Shown here piece after piece: positions 57,654 to 59,049 of a stretch of DNA of 59,049 nucleotides; positions within the stretch are counted from its first letter, which is position 1, and each line of letters begins with the position of its first letter. The notes under the pieces are model-generated. The model did no database searches. It was given only the letters and a program-made list of their open reading frames with translations, and had not been told where the DNA came from. Source of the DNA: a virus (taxonomy: Duplodnaviria > Caudoviricetes); the IMG/VR virus record IMGVR_UViG_3300027808_000032, positions 1-59,049 of that record; one strand, written 5' to 3'. The translations under genes and the position numbers were made by a program.

Positions 57654-58592
57654 TTACTTGGCAGCTACATAAAAGTGAGCAGGAGACTCGGCCTGATAGC
57701 TGTAGCCAACCCTAGCAATTAGCTTGCTCACAGATTCGCTAATTTTACCTTCGTCTCCGAAAACTAACTGACCTTTGTGCTCCACATACTGCAAATTGTC
57801 GGTGAAAAGCACATTCCCTTTGCCGACCTTGGTCTCTACTCCAATGGCATTCAAGACCTTCTGTAGCTCCTTGGCAGATACCTTGGCTGCTGTAGGCTTG
57901 GCAGTCTCCTTGGCTTTGGCCTTGGCATCAGCAATGGCCTGTGCCTGTGCTTTGGCCTGCTCCTTGGCCTGTGAATCAGCAAGAGCCTTGGCATTTCGCT
58001 CATCTACAATCGGCAGCAAAGCAGTCAATTGCTCAATAACTTGCTGAAGGTCAGCAGAAGTAAATTCGCTGCGGATTGTGGCACTGCCATCTGAATTGGC
58101 TTGCACCTTCACAGATACATTGGCCAAATGCCATGTCAACGAGCCAACAATGGTAGTCTTGGTCTCACCTTCACCTTCACCTTCACCTTCACCTTCACCT
58201 TCACCTTCACCTTCAGTCTCCGACAGGAGACTCCTTTTGGCGAATTCCAACAGGTTATTCACCGACCTTTCCACAGCAATCCCCGACTCTGACTCCCGAA
58301 GGTTCGCCCAATCGTTAAATTGCTCCAAGGTATCACCTTCCAAAGATGCTGCCTGAATTAGCTTGTAAGCCCAAGACTTACTAAAGCCATACAAAGGGAA
58401 CAGGTCGGCCTTTTTCAAGCCTTCAGATTTCAGGGCAGCCTTACCTTCCTTGGTGTCTGCCCAATTAGTTCCTTGGCGGATAACTTCGCCAATCTTCAGG
58501 TGAATAGCCAACACAGACTCTTCACCTTTCTTTAGCTGTGCAGTTAGCTTCTCTACAGCAGCGACGTTCAGATTCTTTTTTAAATTGCTCAT
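57654..58592 (-). CDS. First gene of the minus arm: hypothetical protein with possible HTH, (GE)n linker and A/K-rich segment
   Basis: 312 aa; YGFSKSWAYKLIQ helix; (TCACCT)n at ~58166-58213; contains palindrome copy 12 at 58214-58233. Confidence 0.75.
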   Translation of the reverse strand: MSNLKKNLNVAAVEKLTAQLKKGEESVLAIHLKIGEVIRQGTNWADTKEGKAALKSEGLKKADLFPLYGFSKSWAYKLIQAASLEGDTLEQFNDWANLRESESGIAVERSVNNLLEFAKRSLLSETEGEGEGEGEGEGEGEGETKTTIVGSLTWHLANVSVKVQANSDGSATIRSEFTSADLQQVIEQLTALLPIVDERNAKALADSQAKEQAKAQAQAIADAKAKAKETAKPTAAKVSAKELQKVLNAIGVETKVGKGNVLFTDNLQYVEHKGQLVFGDEGKISESVSKLIARVGYSYQAESPAHFYVAAK

Positions 58593-58792
58593 GGTATGTA
58601 GGTATTAAATTCTGCGACATCGTTTGGTCAATCGCTCCGCTAAGGTCTGTAGAAGTTTTGTGTAAAGCAAATTTTGGAATGTTAAAATTTGTTAAAGCCT
58701 TTGATAGCAAGGGTTTCAGGAGCTCGCAAAATGATATTGGTTAGAATGGGGCAGTTCAGGGTCAGGGAGAACGCCTGCCTTTGTGTCATGTC

Positions 58793-58841
58793 TCTGCCAT
58801 TTTGTCTGCCATTTTGTCAGCATAACATCTGCCATTTTGTC
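58793..58841. repeat. Three TCTGCCATTTTGTC direct repeats
   Basis: 58793-58806, 58805-58818, 58828-58841. Confidence 0.8.
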
Positions 58842-58915
58842 AGGTTTGGCAGTCATTCCGTAACAGCATGCAGCACAGCACAGCACAGCACAGGGCATGG
58901 GCAGGCATGGAGCAG

Positions 58916-59049
58916 GCATCGGCTCGGCTCGGCTCGGCTCGGCTCGGCTCGGCATGGGCATCGGCATGGGCATCGGCATGGGCATCGGCATGGGCAGTGA
59001 GCAGGGCAGGGCAGGGCAGGGCAGGGCAGGGCAGGGCAGGGAGCAGGGA
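58916..59049. repeat. Right terminal direct repeat / contig overlap
   Basis: Matches 1-144 apart from two fewer GCAGG units. Confidence 0.9.

Noticed and set aside
56492-58233. CRISPR array formed by the palindromic 20-mers
   Set aside because: Spacing is irregular (17 bp to several kb), orientations are mixed across the genome, copies occur within genes, and there are no cas genes.
1-59049. Integrase, reverse transcriptase/DGR, DNA polymerase, methyltransferase or alternative genetic code
   Set aside because: No matching motifs were seen, and genes are intact and tightly packed under the standard code.

Overview
The window looks like one complete ~59 kb tailed dsDNA phage genome. Its ends overlap (1-144 vs 58916-59049) inside a GC-rich microsatellite block. 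The host is almost certainly Bacteroidota: at least 13 TAnnTTTG promoter motifs sit upstream of genes, leaders are AT-rich without Shine-Dalgarno sequences, and the primase is of the BT4734 type. The + arm (0.4-44.1 kb) carries groEL/groES, small basic proteins, a lysis cassette (M15A peptidase, u-spanin-like lipoprotein, holin), terminase, portal, scaffold, major capsid, podovirus-type tail proteins, ejection proteins and a 3814-aa polyvalent protein. The - arm (58.6-44.1 kb) carries small probable early genes, a Sak3/RecE-type recombination pair, SSB, primase-helicase, SF2 helicase and nucleases. I saw no DNA polymerase, RNA polymerase or integrase. The most unusual signals are: (1) compact D-arm-less tRNA-like elements placed between early genes; (2) a 20-bp quasi-palindrome, GAGTCTC-CGAnAA-GAGACTC, in 12 copies, three of them forming the hairpin of those elements; (3) near-total avoidance of CCAG/CTGG and GATC, with CCGG abundant everywhere except the last ~8 kb, where it is absent; (4) a probable small gene nested out of frame in the giant gene; (5) a duplicated ~160-bp origin-like element. 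All calls and counts are by eye, without database searches.
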